64,000 bases of DNA, taken from contig NC_042997.1 in assembly GCF_006345805.1 (NCBI RefSeq), positions 51,708,001-51,772,000 of the forward strand. Reading direction: 5' to 3'. Origin of the DNA: Octopus sinensis. Its lineage: Eukaryota. Below, in pieces: positions 50,355-60,606 of this stretch (positions are counted from its first letter, which is position 1; each line of letters opens with the position of its first letter). Position numbers and translations under genes: made by a program. The notes under the pieces are model-generated. The model had not been told where the DNA came from and did not search any database. It saw only the letters and a program-made list of their open reading frames with translations.

Positions 50355-51359
50355 AGTGAGTGAGTGAGTGACAGAGAGACAGGCATACATTGTAAAAGTG
50401 CATCTTTGATGCAGGTCTGAAGAAGTGCCACTCTAATGTCTAAAAACACAAATATTACATAAATTTTCACTTTGAACTTTTGTGTGAGCTGGTAGTGAAA
50501 GCAGAATTGGTACAGAAACAATTGTAACTGATGTCTTAAAGATGTGTTAAAATCTTTTGTTGCCCTCTTATTTGGATTACACTTTACTCTTCACTGAACC
50601 TACACAATGGTTTTACTATTGTAAAACCAGGATTTTCTGCACCCGAAGAATTTTAGTATTAGTCTAGAATCCTATAATGTTGACAGCCAAGAGCTGTGGT
50701 TGAGTGCTGCATTGGAAGTACCCTATCTTTCTACCCAACCAGGACCTTTATATATATATATATTTTTGGTCAAATTTGTGATGGGGTGGGGAAGCAGTGT
50801 CATGTTGTAGAAGTACTTTGAGTCACTGGTTAAGTTGTTTCAGCTGGATTGCTTCCTTGAGCTGGTGCGATTATTAGACATAAAAATCTGCATTGATAAG
50901 GGTGTTTTGAAGCATCTCATTGTGGATTAGCCTTTTCTAATCCCACCAACCACAGATCATTGTCTTGCATGGATGCAGCTCTGACTTGGCTCAAGATGTT
51001 GCTTGCTAGTTGGGACTCAACCATTCTTTCCTCTGCTTCATATTGACATAAAGACACAACAATAGATGAGTACTGGAGTTTGTCTCTTTCATTGAGTGTT
51101 GAACTTAATTACATCTTCAAAGTAAATGGGTTTCAAATGGGGACATCATGATCTGTTTTCTTTTAATATGCCAAGTTCTGTAAGTTATGAACCTTTATTT
51201 TTAAAACATTTTTATTATTTTTAGATATTTATGAAATTTGAAAAGGCAGTGGAAGCCATCACAGCTTTTATACAGATTAATGGAAAGGTCTTGCATAACC
51301 GGACAGTGATCACAACATATCATTCAGTTCGCGACTTTGATGCTGGAATATATTATTAA
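12522..51359 (+). CDS. UHMK1: UHMK1/KIS-like Ser/Thr kinase with C-terminal UHM domain (whole spliced CDS span, 11 exons, about 449 aa)
   Basis: Exons 12522-12660(?), 33191-33300, 36764-36872, 37807-37954, 40096-40225, 41765-41950, 43299-43435, 47455-47531, 47982-48071, 50158-50246 and 51225-51359 join with GT-AG boundaries and compatible phases (1350 nt, no internal stop). Motifs match vertebrate UHMK1: [63 protein letters not shown]. Confidence 0.9.
15690..15958 (-). mobile_element. tRNA-derived SINE
   Basis: Minus strand starts with box A (TGGCTCAGTGGTTAGAGC) and box B (GAGTTCGAATC). Related plus-strand heads near 30330, 44095 and 48870. Confidence 0.7.
15984..16518 (+). repeat. 1.5-unit tandem repeat (353-bp period) containing a minimal type I hammerhead fold; retrozyme or Penelope terminal-repeat-like
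   Basis: 15984-16165 is repeated at 16337-16518. Both sides are flanked by (TA)n. Confidence 0.8.
16313..16357 (+). ncRNA. Degenerate type I hammerhead ribozyme motif
   Basis: CACACG-CCGATGA-TGGGT caat ACTCA-GAAA-CTAGAG-TC-CATGTA. Stem II pairs, GUC cleavage triplet present, core has C in place of U4. Confidence 0.6.
17160..18990 (+). mobile_element. RTE-clade LINE, decayed copy of the 210-2300 family
   Basis: Colinear with about 350-2300, with multiple stops and a (GAT)n-like tail. Confidence 0.9.
19170..19870 (+). mobile_element. Older RTE fragment interrupted by a SINE
   Basis: Similar to the RTE post-RT segment (GTGCACAAG, TTTCTGTTACTTAGGT, AGAGTGAAGGGCAGATTGTATGAT). Confidence 0.65.
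19581..19791 (-). mobile_element. tRNA-derived SINE (Meta-domain-like core), 5'-truncated, with TSD
   Basis: Reverse complement of the 20338-20570 family, flanked by the direct repeat GATTGTATGATACTTCT. Confidence 0.8.
20338..20570 (+). mobile_element. Full-length tRNA-derived SINE (Meta-domain-like core) with 17-bp TSD
   Basis: GGCGGCGAGCTGGCAGAA...GAGTTCAAATTCC...TTGCCTTTCATCCTTTC. TSD AGGTATTGAATTCAAAA at 20321-20337 and 20571-20587. Older copies near 37620, 41467, 43640 and 43870. Confidence 0.9.
20968..21342 (-). mobile_element. tRNA-derived CORE-type SINE, full length
   Basis: Minus strand reads GGCGCAGGAGTGGCTGTGTGG...GGTTCAGTCCC...CTTGGGCAAGT...(TG)n...GACTGAAACAAGTAAAAGAG. Other copies at 48238-48615, 62570-62960 and 25350-25770. 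Confidence 0.85.
21520..23835 (-). mobile_element. Penelope-like element, internally deleted (N-terminal region joined to GIY-YIG endonuclease), with direct terminal repeats
   Basis: [24 protein letters not shown]....LADRFAKHL is a PLE GIY-YIG domain. The N-terminal [13 protein letters not shown]...LIPKGF motif is present. Direct repeats at about 21521-21720 and 23673-23830. Confidence 0.8.
24012..24374 (-). mobile_element. Non-autonomous Helitron
   Basis: Minus strand reads A|TCTCTCTATATATAAACGGC ... CCCGAGCAACGCCGGGCGATACTGCTAG|T (subterminal hairpin plus CTAG). Confidence 0.8.
24481..24849 (+). mobile_element. Non-autonomous Helitron, inverted relative to 24012-24374
   Basis: Reverse-complement similarity along its length. 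Ends CCTGAGCAACGCCGGGCGATACTGCTAG|T; the 5' end merges with (TA)n. Confidence 0.8.
25124..25346 (+). mobile_element. RTE 3'-terminal fragment
   Basis: Matches about 2075-2300, including the (GAT)n tail. Confidence 0.8.
25962..26142. repeat. 63-bp inverted repeat with 55-nt spacer
   Basis: 25962-26024 is the reverse complement of 26080-26142 with one mismatch. Confidence 0.9.
26143..26548. repeat. Compound (TA)/(TG)/(CA)/(GA) microsatellite
   Basis: Seen directly; it is the source of several spurious ORFs. Confidence 0.95.
28700..30292 (+). mobile_element. Decayed pogo/Tigger-family DNA transposon
   Basis: Remnant peptides [21 protein letters not shown] (Brinker-like HTH), [15 protein letters not shown] and [12 protein letters not shown] (DDE). 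Tigger-like 3' end GCATCTTATGTGAGGGTGCGCCTTACAC. Confidence 0.7.
29698..29918. mobile_element. piggyBac-type MITE (TTAA TSD) nested in the pogo relic
   Basis: TTAA|CCTTTTAG...CTAAATGG|TTAA, about 220 bp, same family as the copies at 38937, 39259 and 61741. Confidence 0.8.
31975..32392 (+). mobile_element. RTE 3' UTR-related element with (GAT)n tail
   Basis: Shares the TGCCGGTGGCACGTAAAAAGCACC subrepeats and the 3' end with 1810-2300. CpGs are retained, suggesting a young copy. Confidence 0.8.
33191..33300 (+). CDS. UHMK1: UHMK1-like exon, kinase subdomain I ([37 protein letters not shown])
   Basis: ACAG| acceptor and CAG|GTACC donor. Gly-rich loop LGxGxxxxVY. Confidence 0.88.
33490..34680 (+). 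mobile_element. Old RTE LINE fragment
   Basis: Decayed RT region (AACTACAGAGGCATCAAATTGTTGGACCAGG, ATGCAGTTTGGTTTT). Confidence 0.8.
36167..36546 (-). mobile_element. Non-autonomous Helitron
   Basis: Minus strand reads A|TCTATATATATAAAGCTG...(GT)n...CCCGAGCAATGCCGGGCTATATGGCTAG|T. Confidence 0.85.
36764..36872 (+). CDS. UHMK1: UHMK1-like exon, subdomains II-III ([36 protein letters not shown])
   Basis: CCTAG| acceptor and G|GTATGG donor. Catalytic AVK lysine and helix-C RE. Confidence 0.9.
37807..37954 (+). CDS. UHMK1: UHMK1-like exon, subdomains IV-VIa ([26 protein letters not shown]...[14 protein letters not shown])
   Basis: TTTTGCAG| acceptor and AT|GTAAGT donor, phase 1 to 2. Confidence 0.9.
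38071..38715. repeat. Long near-perfect inverted repeat (arms 38071-38375 and 38403-38715, 27-nt spacer)
   Basis: Arms differ by 3 substitutions and an 8-nt (CA/TG) slippage. The ORF track shows mirror ORFs at 38106-38303(-) and 38471-38680(+). Confidence 0.97.
38937..39156. mobile_element. piggyBac-type MITE
   Basis: TTAA|ATCTTTAGTGTTC...GAATGCTAAAGGG|TTAA. Confidence 0.8.
39259..39478. mobile_element. piggyBac-type MITE in the opposite orientation to 38937-39156
   Basis: TTAA|CCCTTTAGCATT...AATGCTAAAGAG|TTAA. Confidence 0.85.
40096..40225 (+). CDS. UHMK1: UHMK1-like exon, catalytic loop and DFG ([43 protein letters not shown])
   Basis: TTGCAG| acceptor and GAG|GTACT donor. HxDLKPxN and DFG intact. 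Confidence 0.95.
41765..41950 (+). CDS. UHMK1: UHMK1-like exon, subdomains VIII-IX ([18 protein letters not shown]...[33 protein letters not shown])
   Basis: TTTTCAG| acceptor and |GTAAGT donor. YRAPE and DLWSLG motifs. Confidence 0.95.
42031..42259 (+). mobile_element. SINE with 13-bp TSD nested in a minus-strand RTE-tail fragment (about 41965-42425)
   Basis: TSD AGTTTGACAGAAG at 42018-42030 and 42260-42272. The host element begins with (TCA)n just after the exon donor. Confidence 0.85.
43299..43435 (+). CDS. UHMK1: UHMK1-like exon, subdomain X ([45 protein letters not shown])
   Basis: ATCAG| acceptor (alternative in-frame acceptor at 43305) and CG|GTATG donor. Phase 0 to 2 bridges the flanking exons. 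Confidence 0.8.
44583..45642 (-). mobile_element. R4/Dong-like RLE retrotransposon fragment within (TAA)n microsatellite
   Basis: [52 protein letters not shown]...IIDIACP (zinc knuckle plus PD-D endonuclease). (TAA/ATT)n on both sides. Confidence 0.85.
45720..46620 (-). mobile_element. Second, more decayed R4/Dong-like fragment
   Basis: [23 protein letters not shown] remnant in the same orientation, in tandem with the previous fragment. Confidence 0.7.
47455..47531 (+). CDS. UHMK1: UHMK1-like exon, subdomain XI ([25 protein letters not shown])
   Basis: ACAG| acceptor and G|GTAAAT donor. Invariant Arg and UHMK1-type PFFSIPF. Confidence 0.9.
47982..48071 (+). CDS. UHMK1: UHMK1-like exon, start of UHM ([30 protein letters not shown])
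   Basis: TCTCTAG| acceptor and G|GTAAAA donor. Matches UHMK1 DLVMLPTPVLRLLN. Confidence 0.9.
49368..49830 (-). mobile_element. CR1-type LINE 3' end with (ATT)n tail
   Basis: [38 protein letters not shown]...SFK is the typical CR1 ORF2 C-terminus. Confidence 0.85.
50158..50246 (+). CDS. UHMK1: UHMK1-like exon, UHM helix A and beta2 ([30 protein letters not shown])
   Basis: TTTCTAG| acceptor and |GTAAGT donor. CxKFG and GxG motifs, phase 1 to 0. Confidence 0.85.
51225..51359 (+). CDS. UHMK1: UHMK1-like last coding exon ([44 protein letters not shown])
   Basis: TTTTTAG| acceptor. RNP1-like IFMKF, UHM-type C-terminus, stop TAA at 51357-51359. Confidence 0.88.
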   Translation: MFMKFEKAVEAITAFIQINGKVLHNRTVITTYHSVRDFDAGIYY

Positions 51360-52199
51360 TAATTTAAGAATTTTTATTTTAGTATATAATAGGGTATAAT
51401 TACATTGTAGGAGAATTATTTTTAATCATTTAAGAACACACAAAAATCGTTATAGCAGTCTGCGTGTTTTTAAATTGCCAAAATGACTTTTCCACCGTAT
51501 AATGGTCTCAAATCAAGTTACTTGTCAGACAAGTACAACTTCAAGACATGGAAAATTGAGCAATTACCAAGTTCCATGAGTTATGTGATAAATATTGTAA
51601 TTCTTTACTTGCTTTATATTTATATTCCTTGAAGGTTATTTGATCAAAATATCTTCAGCTTTAACATTTAGAAATTAAATGAGTATTTTGTACTCTGTGA
51701 TTGTCTATGCAGTAAAATGATATGAAGGGCACCCAGCTATAAAAACTATACCAAAAGTAACACGATATACACAATTACAGTATTGGCCAGTATTTTTTCT
51801 CTGTTGTTGTGTCTGTCAGATGTTGAAGAACTATGACAAGTGGTGAGAAGTTATGAGACCCGTCCATGCCAGCATGGAAAAAAAGGATATAAATTGATTA
51901 ATTTGATGATGATGATTGATATTTTATGATATTTTGTCATTTTGATTATTGTCATTGACAAGTTACAACATGTTTAGACAAGAAAAGAATATAGAGATAA
52001 CTTTGTTTTCCGTTTTTACTATGTTTATTTTCGCTAAATGGCATCATGATTATATTTATATATTTTGTACCAAGTTGTGTAAAAGTAAGTTCCTAGCAAA
52101 CTGATTCTCATTTCTAGTAACCATTAAACTTTATTTTAAATAATTAAAGCTTCCTTTCTCTATTAATTATAAGTCACAGGCCTAGGGCCTATGTAAGAA

Positions 52200-52320
52200 G
52201 TACATGTATTGGTATACATATGAACGTATGTATGTATGTATATACATATATATGTATGTATATATGTATGTATGTATATATGTATGTATATACATATGTA
52301 TGTATATATATATATGTATG

Positions 52321-52360
<40 letters not shown>

Positions 52361-52376
52361 TGTATATATATGTATG

Positions 52377-52442
<66 letters not shown>

Positions 52443-52510
52443 ATATATATGCATGTATGTATGTATATGCATAATTATGTATGTATATATATATGTATGT
52501 AAATATGTGT

Positions 52511-52565
<55 letters not shown>

Positions 52566-52583
52566 TGTATATATATGTATGTA

Positions 52584-52650
<67 letters not shown>

Positions 52651-52895
52651 ATATATATGCATGTATGTATGTATATGCATAATTATGTATGTATATACAT
52701 ATATATGTATGTATATACATATGTATATATATACATGTATGTAATTATGTATGTATATACATATATATGTATGTATATATATACATGTATGTAAATATGT
52801 GTATATATATATATGGATATATATGTATGTAAATATGTATATACATATATGCATGCATACATACATACATATGTACGTACGTATTATGCATGCAT
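52200..52895. repeat. About 700-bp (TA)/(TATG) microsatellite with internal block duplication
   Basis: Seen directly. The block AATTTTATATATATGCATGTATG...GCATAATTATG occurs near 52437 and 52645. Confidence 0.95.
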
Positions 52896-55800
52896 GTAGT
52901 CAGTATTTAGTATTGATGATCCCTTTCTGCCATATATTTTCCTTTAAATGTCTCAGGAGTGTTAAAAGTAATGCTTATCTATGAACTCTCACTGGGTATT
53001 TTTGTTTGTCCAACAATTATTTGTATGTTTTATGTGTGCTATTTTGCAACAAAATATATTAGTTATATTTTGTTTTTCTTTGTGATTTGGTGCTACTTCA
53101 TAGACTGTTTAAATACTATGTTGGAAATCTATTTTTCGTATTTTTAAAGATTTTGAAAAAAAAATATTTCTATGAATGTTGAAGGATATTTTACCAACAT
53201 TATAAACCTTCAATGTGACATAATGGCTTTAATGGCTTTCCATAATCAAATTATAAATTGCATTTTTAAAAGTGTGTGAATGTTTGTATTAGGAAGAGAA
53301 GTTTTCATCTTTTTATTTATTTTAATATTTTCAAATGACTTCCATAATATTTATGTGATATATTTTGTTCAAAAGAAACTGTTAATGCTAAATTATCTAT
53401 TGTCGTTTTTAAAGAAACACATCTTAAAATATCATTGCCAAACTGCACCAAAAATTTTCTTGCTTTAATATGCAAATATTGAACTAATAATTTTAATTTA
53501 ATGCATAGTATTTTATGTAAAATTTATTGTAAAAGATTCCTTTTTTGACATTTGTTATTATCTTCTGTTTTGCACCTGACCTGTCATTTAAAAAGGAAAT
53601 TTTTAAAAAAACAACAAAAAACACTTCTTTTGCCCATATTGTTTATACTAATTTATTGGAAATAATTGATCTGCAAGGCAAAAAAACTGTATCTTAAACT
53701 CAGGGAAGATTGTTATTTTTAAATGGATACTAATTTCAGTACATTGTTTAACAGGATACTATTTTGACCAAATGATATCTATACTTTATATTTATCTTAA
53801 CTAATATAATAATGCACTAAATAGTAATTGGGGCAAAATTATTTAATTCAAGCTTTTAAATAATATTTACTTTTCTTGTATATTTAATTATTTTCATTTT
53901 CTTCATGACCAATAATATATCAAGAATTATACTAATTTTAAAAAAATATAATTATTATGAATTGCATACTTAGTTAAATTTTTTTAATTCATGTATTTAA
54001 AAAATAATCCTTTATTTAAAATAATCCTTTATTTAAAAACAACCTGAAAGGTGCTAATTCTAATAAAAATTTATCTAAAGTAATATATATTATTTTATTC
54101 ATTTGCGACATTTCCCTCTCAGTTTCAACCATTCCTTATTCATCGCACTGAACTGTTCGTCCAAGACTGTCAAATTTACAGCCATCAATATACTTTTATT
54201 AATTCGCATATAAACATCAGCAAAATTCTATCAACATATCAATTTATGATTTAAAAAAATATTCAAGTAAATAATAAAAATAATAGACATTTGTCATATT
54301 AAAACATTCTTTTTAAATTAATTTGTGTTACATTATACCAATTGTTTTCAAATTTTCATTTTTTTTGTTTGTTTTTGTTAAAATATTCTAAATAGTCATG
54401 TAAGTGTAGGTATTATGCGTTGTTAACTATTATGCATCTTTAAAAGAAGACATTAAGTTATACTAACAATTGAATAGTTATGCTACTCTTCATCTCATGC
54501 CAAAGGTATTGTTCAACAAGTTTTATTTATCTAAATTTAAAATTCTAAAGATTTGTTCATTTTATGTTTTGAATTTATATTGGAAAACGTTTCCTAGATC
54601 ATTTTATTGCTCTTAATTTTTGTTTCATATGCTGGTGTTATAGTGTTTGTTTTTCAGCCATGCAAAATAGATTTAAAAGTATAAGATTACGTTTCCTTCT
54701 ACTCTCATCAATTTATAATAGAAGAAATTATTTATCATTATAGTAATTGAGTTTCAAAGATATAATTACCATATGAATCTCGTATATATATTTAATATTC
54801 AGAATGTTAAAAGGTTTTATAAATAATTTTTTAAAAATCTTTATTGTCTTTCAAACAACTGATGAAAGGCAAAGACAACTGACTTCTAGTAATTATCATT
54901 GCTTTTAAACAGTAGTTATCACAATACTAATTAATACACATAAATATTGTGATGATCACTACTTGAAAGAACATTGCCATTTATAACACTAAGTGGTACA
55001 GGAGAACATAATATAGTGAGCTAAAAAAACCCACCCCATTTTTCAATGAAAATTATCACTTGTAGGAAAATAAATTTTATTAGCTTTAATGATAATTCTT
55101 ATGAAGAAAGCCATGGGAGCTAATAATCAATTAGAAAATTGGATGGAGGATGCAGTAAGTGATTGAATTTGATCTTTGGCAGGTATGGTAACAACTTTAG
55201 ATATGTTTCGGTTTTATTAGACCTCCTCAGCTAAATGTACTAACCGGTACTTACCCAGATCCACAGTTACTGAGATTTTTAGAGTGGTGGGTGGGTCACT
55301 GTATTAATTATATTATCCCACTTCACATGCAGAATCCATCCATAGAAAATATCCCCCCACTCTCATCATTTGTCATTAATAGCCTCTTAATTATATTGAC
55401 ATTTTCATAGTACATACTCCCTACCTTTCTTTTAACAGATACAGTTTAAACTAGTCATTAACATTCTTACAACAGTAATAAATTGATAACAGTACAACTG
55501 AGCTATTTTGTTTTCAATTTATCTTTTCTTTATATGATCTAGTTTGACAATAAGTGACACTATTTGCTTCTAATTGTTTATCTTGATCAAGTTGTTGAAT
55601 GTGATTCAACAAAATTATTCATTATCTGTTCAAATGTCATATTTATTTGGCTTCTTATTGTTTTTCTCACCCCACATAAGAAATTTGTTTTTCTTTTTGC
55701 TATGATTCAAACCTATTCCTTGCTTTTTCCCTGTTGTTTCCACATTGCCATTTTATATTGTTTATTTTGAAACTGTTTACATTTTGTATTAAGTTTTTAT

Positions 55801-56619
55801 TTTGTAACTATTTTAAAAGTAGTCATGAAAATCATTACTTTCATGTTAATTTAAAAAGCATTTCTTCTTTATATGAATAAAATTTTTGTCCTGATGCTTT
55901 TGTTGATGTATTTTTTGTGTCAAGCTAATCAATTCAGTATCAATACAGAGGTTAAGCAAGCTTGTTGTTTCCAAATCAGCACTAATTAAGTAAACTAATG
56001 ATCAACAGAAGTCAAGCCATGATCATCATGTATTTTCTTTCAGACAATGTGTACCCTGAACTCCACTATCTAGTGTGTCCCTCAATTTTGTAGGGTGTTG
56101 CTTGAGGAAGACTTGGCTGCTACTTCTTGCAAGTCAATTAAACACAATGAGGCTCCCTCGTTTACTTCAACTGTAGAATAGTTATTCTGATAGGCACAGG
56201 TGTTCCATGTTCAGCCCGACTTAATGGCAACTTTGACAAGTATCTTCTACCATAGCCCTGGGCCAACTAAAGCTTTGTAAATGATTTTGTAGACAGAAAC
56301 TGCCTAGCAAAACCATTATATGTATCTATGTTTGTGTGTGTGTCTTGACAACACATGATAGTTGTAAAATGGTTGTCACTGTTATACAGGCAGTGTCATT
56401 CATTTCCAATATTCTGTGAGAACATGTCTGACCATGGGAAAATATTACTTTACTTGTAAACAGGTAAGAGTTGGGAAACTGCATCGTTAAACTCTGTCTG
56501 GACTGTGCAAGCATGGAAAAGTGAACATTAAAATTATGATGATATAGAAATTCATCAGATTGATTTATTGTCATTCTATACAACCTTCTTTACTCAGTCT
56601 GCCTGTTGTGAAAAGATAA

Positions 56620-58690
56620 TCAGTTAGCATTATCCATTTGATGAAAACCCTCGGGCTTAGTATAACTACAGACACCAACCTGACGGTTGTCAGTTTCCTA
56701 GATGTATCCTTAGACCTAAATAGGAACATTTATAAACCTTATAGGAAGCCCAATGATAGACTTAGTTATATTAATGTAGGTTCCTACCATCCCCCCATAG
56801 TGTTTAAAAATTTAGTTAAAAACATTATCAAGAGAATTTCTAGCCTCTCCTCCAATAAGGACATTTTTAATAGCATTGCCCCAGTATATAATAAAGCTCT
56901 AAAAGATAGTGGTTTTAGTGAGGAAATAACCTATACACCTGCCACCAGCCCAACAATAAAGAAGAGGAAACATAGGAATAGGAAAACCACCTGGTTCACA
57001 CCCCACTACTCACCCTAGGTGACCTTCAATATAGGCAAGTATTTCTTAGCACTGATAGATAGACATTTTCCAGTCAACCATACTTACAGAAAGCTCTTCA
57101 ATAGACACAACTTAAAAATCAGTTTCAGCTCAACTACCAATTGTAAAAATATAATTGCACACAACACACAAAAACCACAATACGAAACCAGCTGTTCAAG
57201 CAGGGATAAAAATTTGTGCCCCGCTAAATGGAGCTTGCATGTCCGAGACCATCATTTATGAAGCTACGGTGGACTCTATATCCACTAAAGACATGGTTTC
57301 GACAAAGAAATATGTGGGCCTTACAGAGAGTAATTTCAAGGCCAGGTTCAATAATCACACCTTGAGCTTTAGGCACTGGAATAAAAGGAAAACGACCAAA
57401 TTATCCATCCATATATGGTCATTAAAAGATAAAGGTGTCAGTTACAACATCCATTGGAAGATCTTAGCCAAGTGTAAGCCCTACACCAACAGCAGTGGAA
57501 AGTACGGTCTATATGATGTGGAAATATGGCTCATCTGGAAAAGCAGCTTAGACCCTGCTACATGTCTAAATTCAAGAACTGAACTTTTCGGATCATGCCC
57601 ATATGTGGCCAAATATTTGTTACGTTTTTGGTCTCCCCGAGATTACAGATAGAACTTGCTTTCTATATTGTGTCCATGTACAAGCTTTTTATCTCTTTAT
57701 ACCTTTTACCTACATCTCTTACATAATTTTATTTATATTTTTTATACATATATTTTTTACATATTTATAGAGATATTGGTTTATAGGTTTATTGCTTATA
57801 TATTTTTTTACACATAATTTTTCTGTATTCTACCTTCCACCCTGCATTTTCCCTGTGCGTATATAGACGTGTATATGGAATCCTTTGTGCATGCATGTGG
57901 ATGTGTGCATGTGTGCGGGTATGTGCGTATATAGATGTGTGCATGCTTGCGAGTATGTGCATATATAAATGTGTTTTACTCATTGTTTTTTACACATTTT
58001 CCTGTATTTTTGCCTTTAACCCTGTTTTTCCTTGTGTATGTACACATATAGATGTGTGTATGAGCTTTTTGTCTGCGCATGTGTGTGTGCATATATAGAC
58101 GTGTGCGGGTATGTGCGTATATAGACGTGGTTTATTCTTTGTATACTACCTTACACCTTTTTTCTGTATTGTTACCCTTAGCTCTGTTTTTCTTGTGCTT
58201 GTGCATATATAGACGTGTGTATGAACCTTTATGGTGCACATGTGTGTGTAGGTTTGTGTGTGTATATATATATATATATATATTGCGGGTGAGGATGTAC
58301 ACGTTTCAAGTGAGGGTGGATGAGTGTATATTTTTAGATGCATGCACGTGGGTGTGCAGGTGCACATGTGTAGGTATGAACATGCATGCTCACGTGAATA
58401 CTATGAACTTTTTACTCCCTCTCCTCACTTAGCGGTCATTCAAATAGCTCTTTTTTCTTAATAAGGGTCAATCACAAAGTAACTTCCCTTTGTATAACGG
58501 TCATTTTTCATAGTATTTTTCCAATGGCTGGATAACTGAAGAGATGGCGGCGTGGATTTCCATCTTGGCATCCAAAACTTGGAGTTTTATCATGGCTACC
58601 GAATAATTGTCACATATTACATTTACAGATAAATTCCTCTATTTACATAATATCGAGGTCTCTTTCATTCTTTTGTTGTCTTACCATTTT
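56620..58690 (+). mobile_element. Penelope-like element 3' part (RT thumb, GIY-YIG, 3' UTR with hammerhead remnant)
   Basis: VSFLDVSLDL..YKPYRKPND.LSYIN..SYHPP and CPLNGACMSETIIYEATV...KYVGLTESNFKARFNNH..SF, with a stop and a frameshift. Confidence 0.9.
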
Positions 58691-58695
58691 TATAA

Positions 58696-58776
<81 letters not shown>

Positions 58777-59106
58777 GAGAGAGAGAGAAAGAAGAAGTCA
58801 ACAGATGAAATCCAGAGATACTCAACATAGAGAATACTTAATAGCACTCAGATGATTTGAATTTGCATTCCGAAATCTTTGCCAAGGACTAAGTCCAGGG
58901 TGGGAGTTGGGTAAAGTGTGGCTATAAGTGTGGTTATTCATCATCTGAATATTTTCAGTCTTCGTTTTCTATCTACATGTATATATGTATGTGTATTTTA
59001 TATATCTCATGCATGTGCTTTTAGTTGTTTATTTACATAATCTCTTTCTTTCTTTTTTTCTTTCTTTCTCTCTCTCGCTCTCTTTGTCTGTCTATCTGTC
59101 TGTCTT

Positions 59107-59147
<41 letters not shown>

Positions 59148-60392
59148 ATAATATTTGCTTCCCAGCCATGTGAATTCAATCTCACTGCATCTCAGGCAAG
59201 TGTCTTCTACTGTAGCCTATGGTTGATTAAATAAAACCTTGTAAGCAGATTTGGAAACAGAAACTGAAAGAAGTCTTGTGTATGTATGTATATATGTGTA
59301 TGTGTGTATGTGTCCTTATTTACAGTTGAGCTTCTCTGAAAAATTGCTCAGCTGTGGGTGGTGACATTGACAGAAAAACAAGGCCCTGCAGGACTTAAAT
59401 GCAGTATGTTGATGAATGAAACTAAAAATACTACAATACATTTAATCTGGAATTCTCCAGTTTCTGCCATGCCAACTGGCAACATAACACACAATAATTC
59501 ATCATTATCTTCATCAACATCATCATTTATTGTCTGTTTTCCATGCTGGCATGGGTTGGACAGTTTGACAAAATCTGATGAGCGGCAAGGTTGTGTCAAG
59601 CTCCAATGTCAGCTTTGGCATCGTTTCTATGACTGGATCCCCTTCCTCATGCCAGCATGCCCTTCATATATTAATTAAATAAAAAAAACACTTTATTGAT
59701 GATATTTAATAAGACAGGAACATGTCTGGTTGGTTCCATATTACAGATTTGACTCACTTCCCACTATATTCTATATTTAATTACTTTAAAATTATCCAGT
59801 TTTCCCTTGCTTTTCTCAATCATAATTTATCTTTATGACAATGATTGTTTCTCCTTGTTCTAGGTGTAATTATACCCAAGTCTGCATTTTTCCAAAGTAT
59901 ACTTCCTTTTCTAAAGTAGTTAAGTGTAATTTAGGGAAGATTTGGTTGTTATTACTAGAAGATTGAGTGATTATGCAGGGGTTTCCTCTTTGGTTCATTG
60001 TTTAATGTGCGTGTATGTTCATTTAATATTTTCTTGTACTTATTACATTGCTAAAGTGTGGGTGTGTGTGTGTGTGTTGTTTTGTTTCAGAGTTGAATGT
60101 ATATTGTTCTCCACTTCTAAAGATATTCATTAGTCATTGAGAGGATGTTTGATTACCTGCATGACTTGTGTGACAAGGTTTTTCAAGCAAACAAGAAGTA
60201 GGCTGGCCTTTCTCTGGTTAGAATACTAACCTGTGAACCAACAATGGATTCTCTGCATCAGCAATGAAGAAACCTTTGCTGGCAATTTCAAATTTGAAAG
60301 TGCCTGCTGATAATATTACTAAAAACCATATAAAAAGACTGGTTTAAGCCTTAATATCAAAACAATAATTTAATATAAGATACATAACCAAA

Positions 60393-60606
60393 TCATCATC
60401 ATCATCGTTTAGTGTCCGCTTTCCATGCTGGCATGGGTTGGACGGTGCAACTGGGGTCTGGGAAGCCAGAAGGCTGCACCAGGCCCAGTCTGATCTGGCA
60501 ATGTTTCTACGGCTGGATGCCCTTCCTAACGCCAACCACTCCATGAGTGTAGTGGGTGCTTTTTATGTGCCACCAGCACAGGTGCCAGACGAGGCTGGCA
60601 AACGGC
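60393..60606 (-). mobile_element. RTE 3'-terminal fragment
   Basis: Reverse complement of about 32180-32392. Confidence 0.8.
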
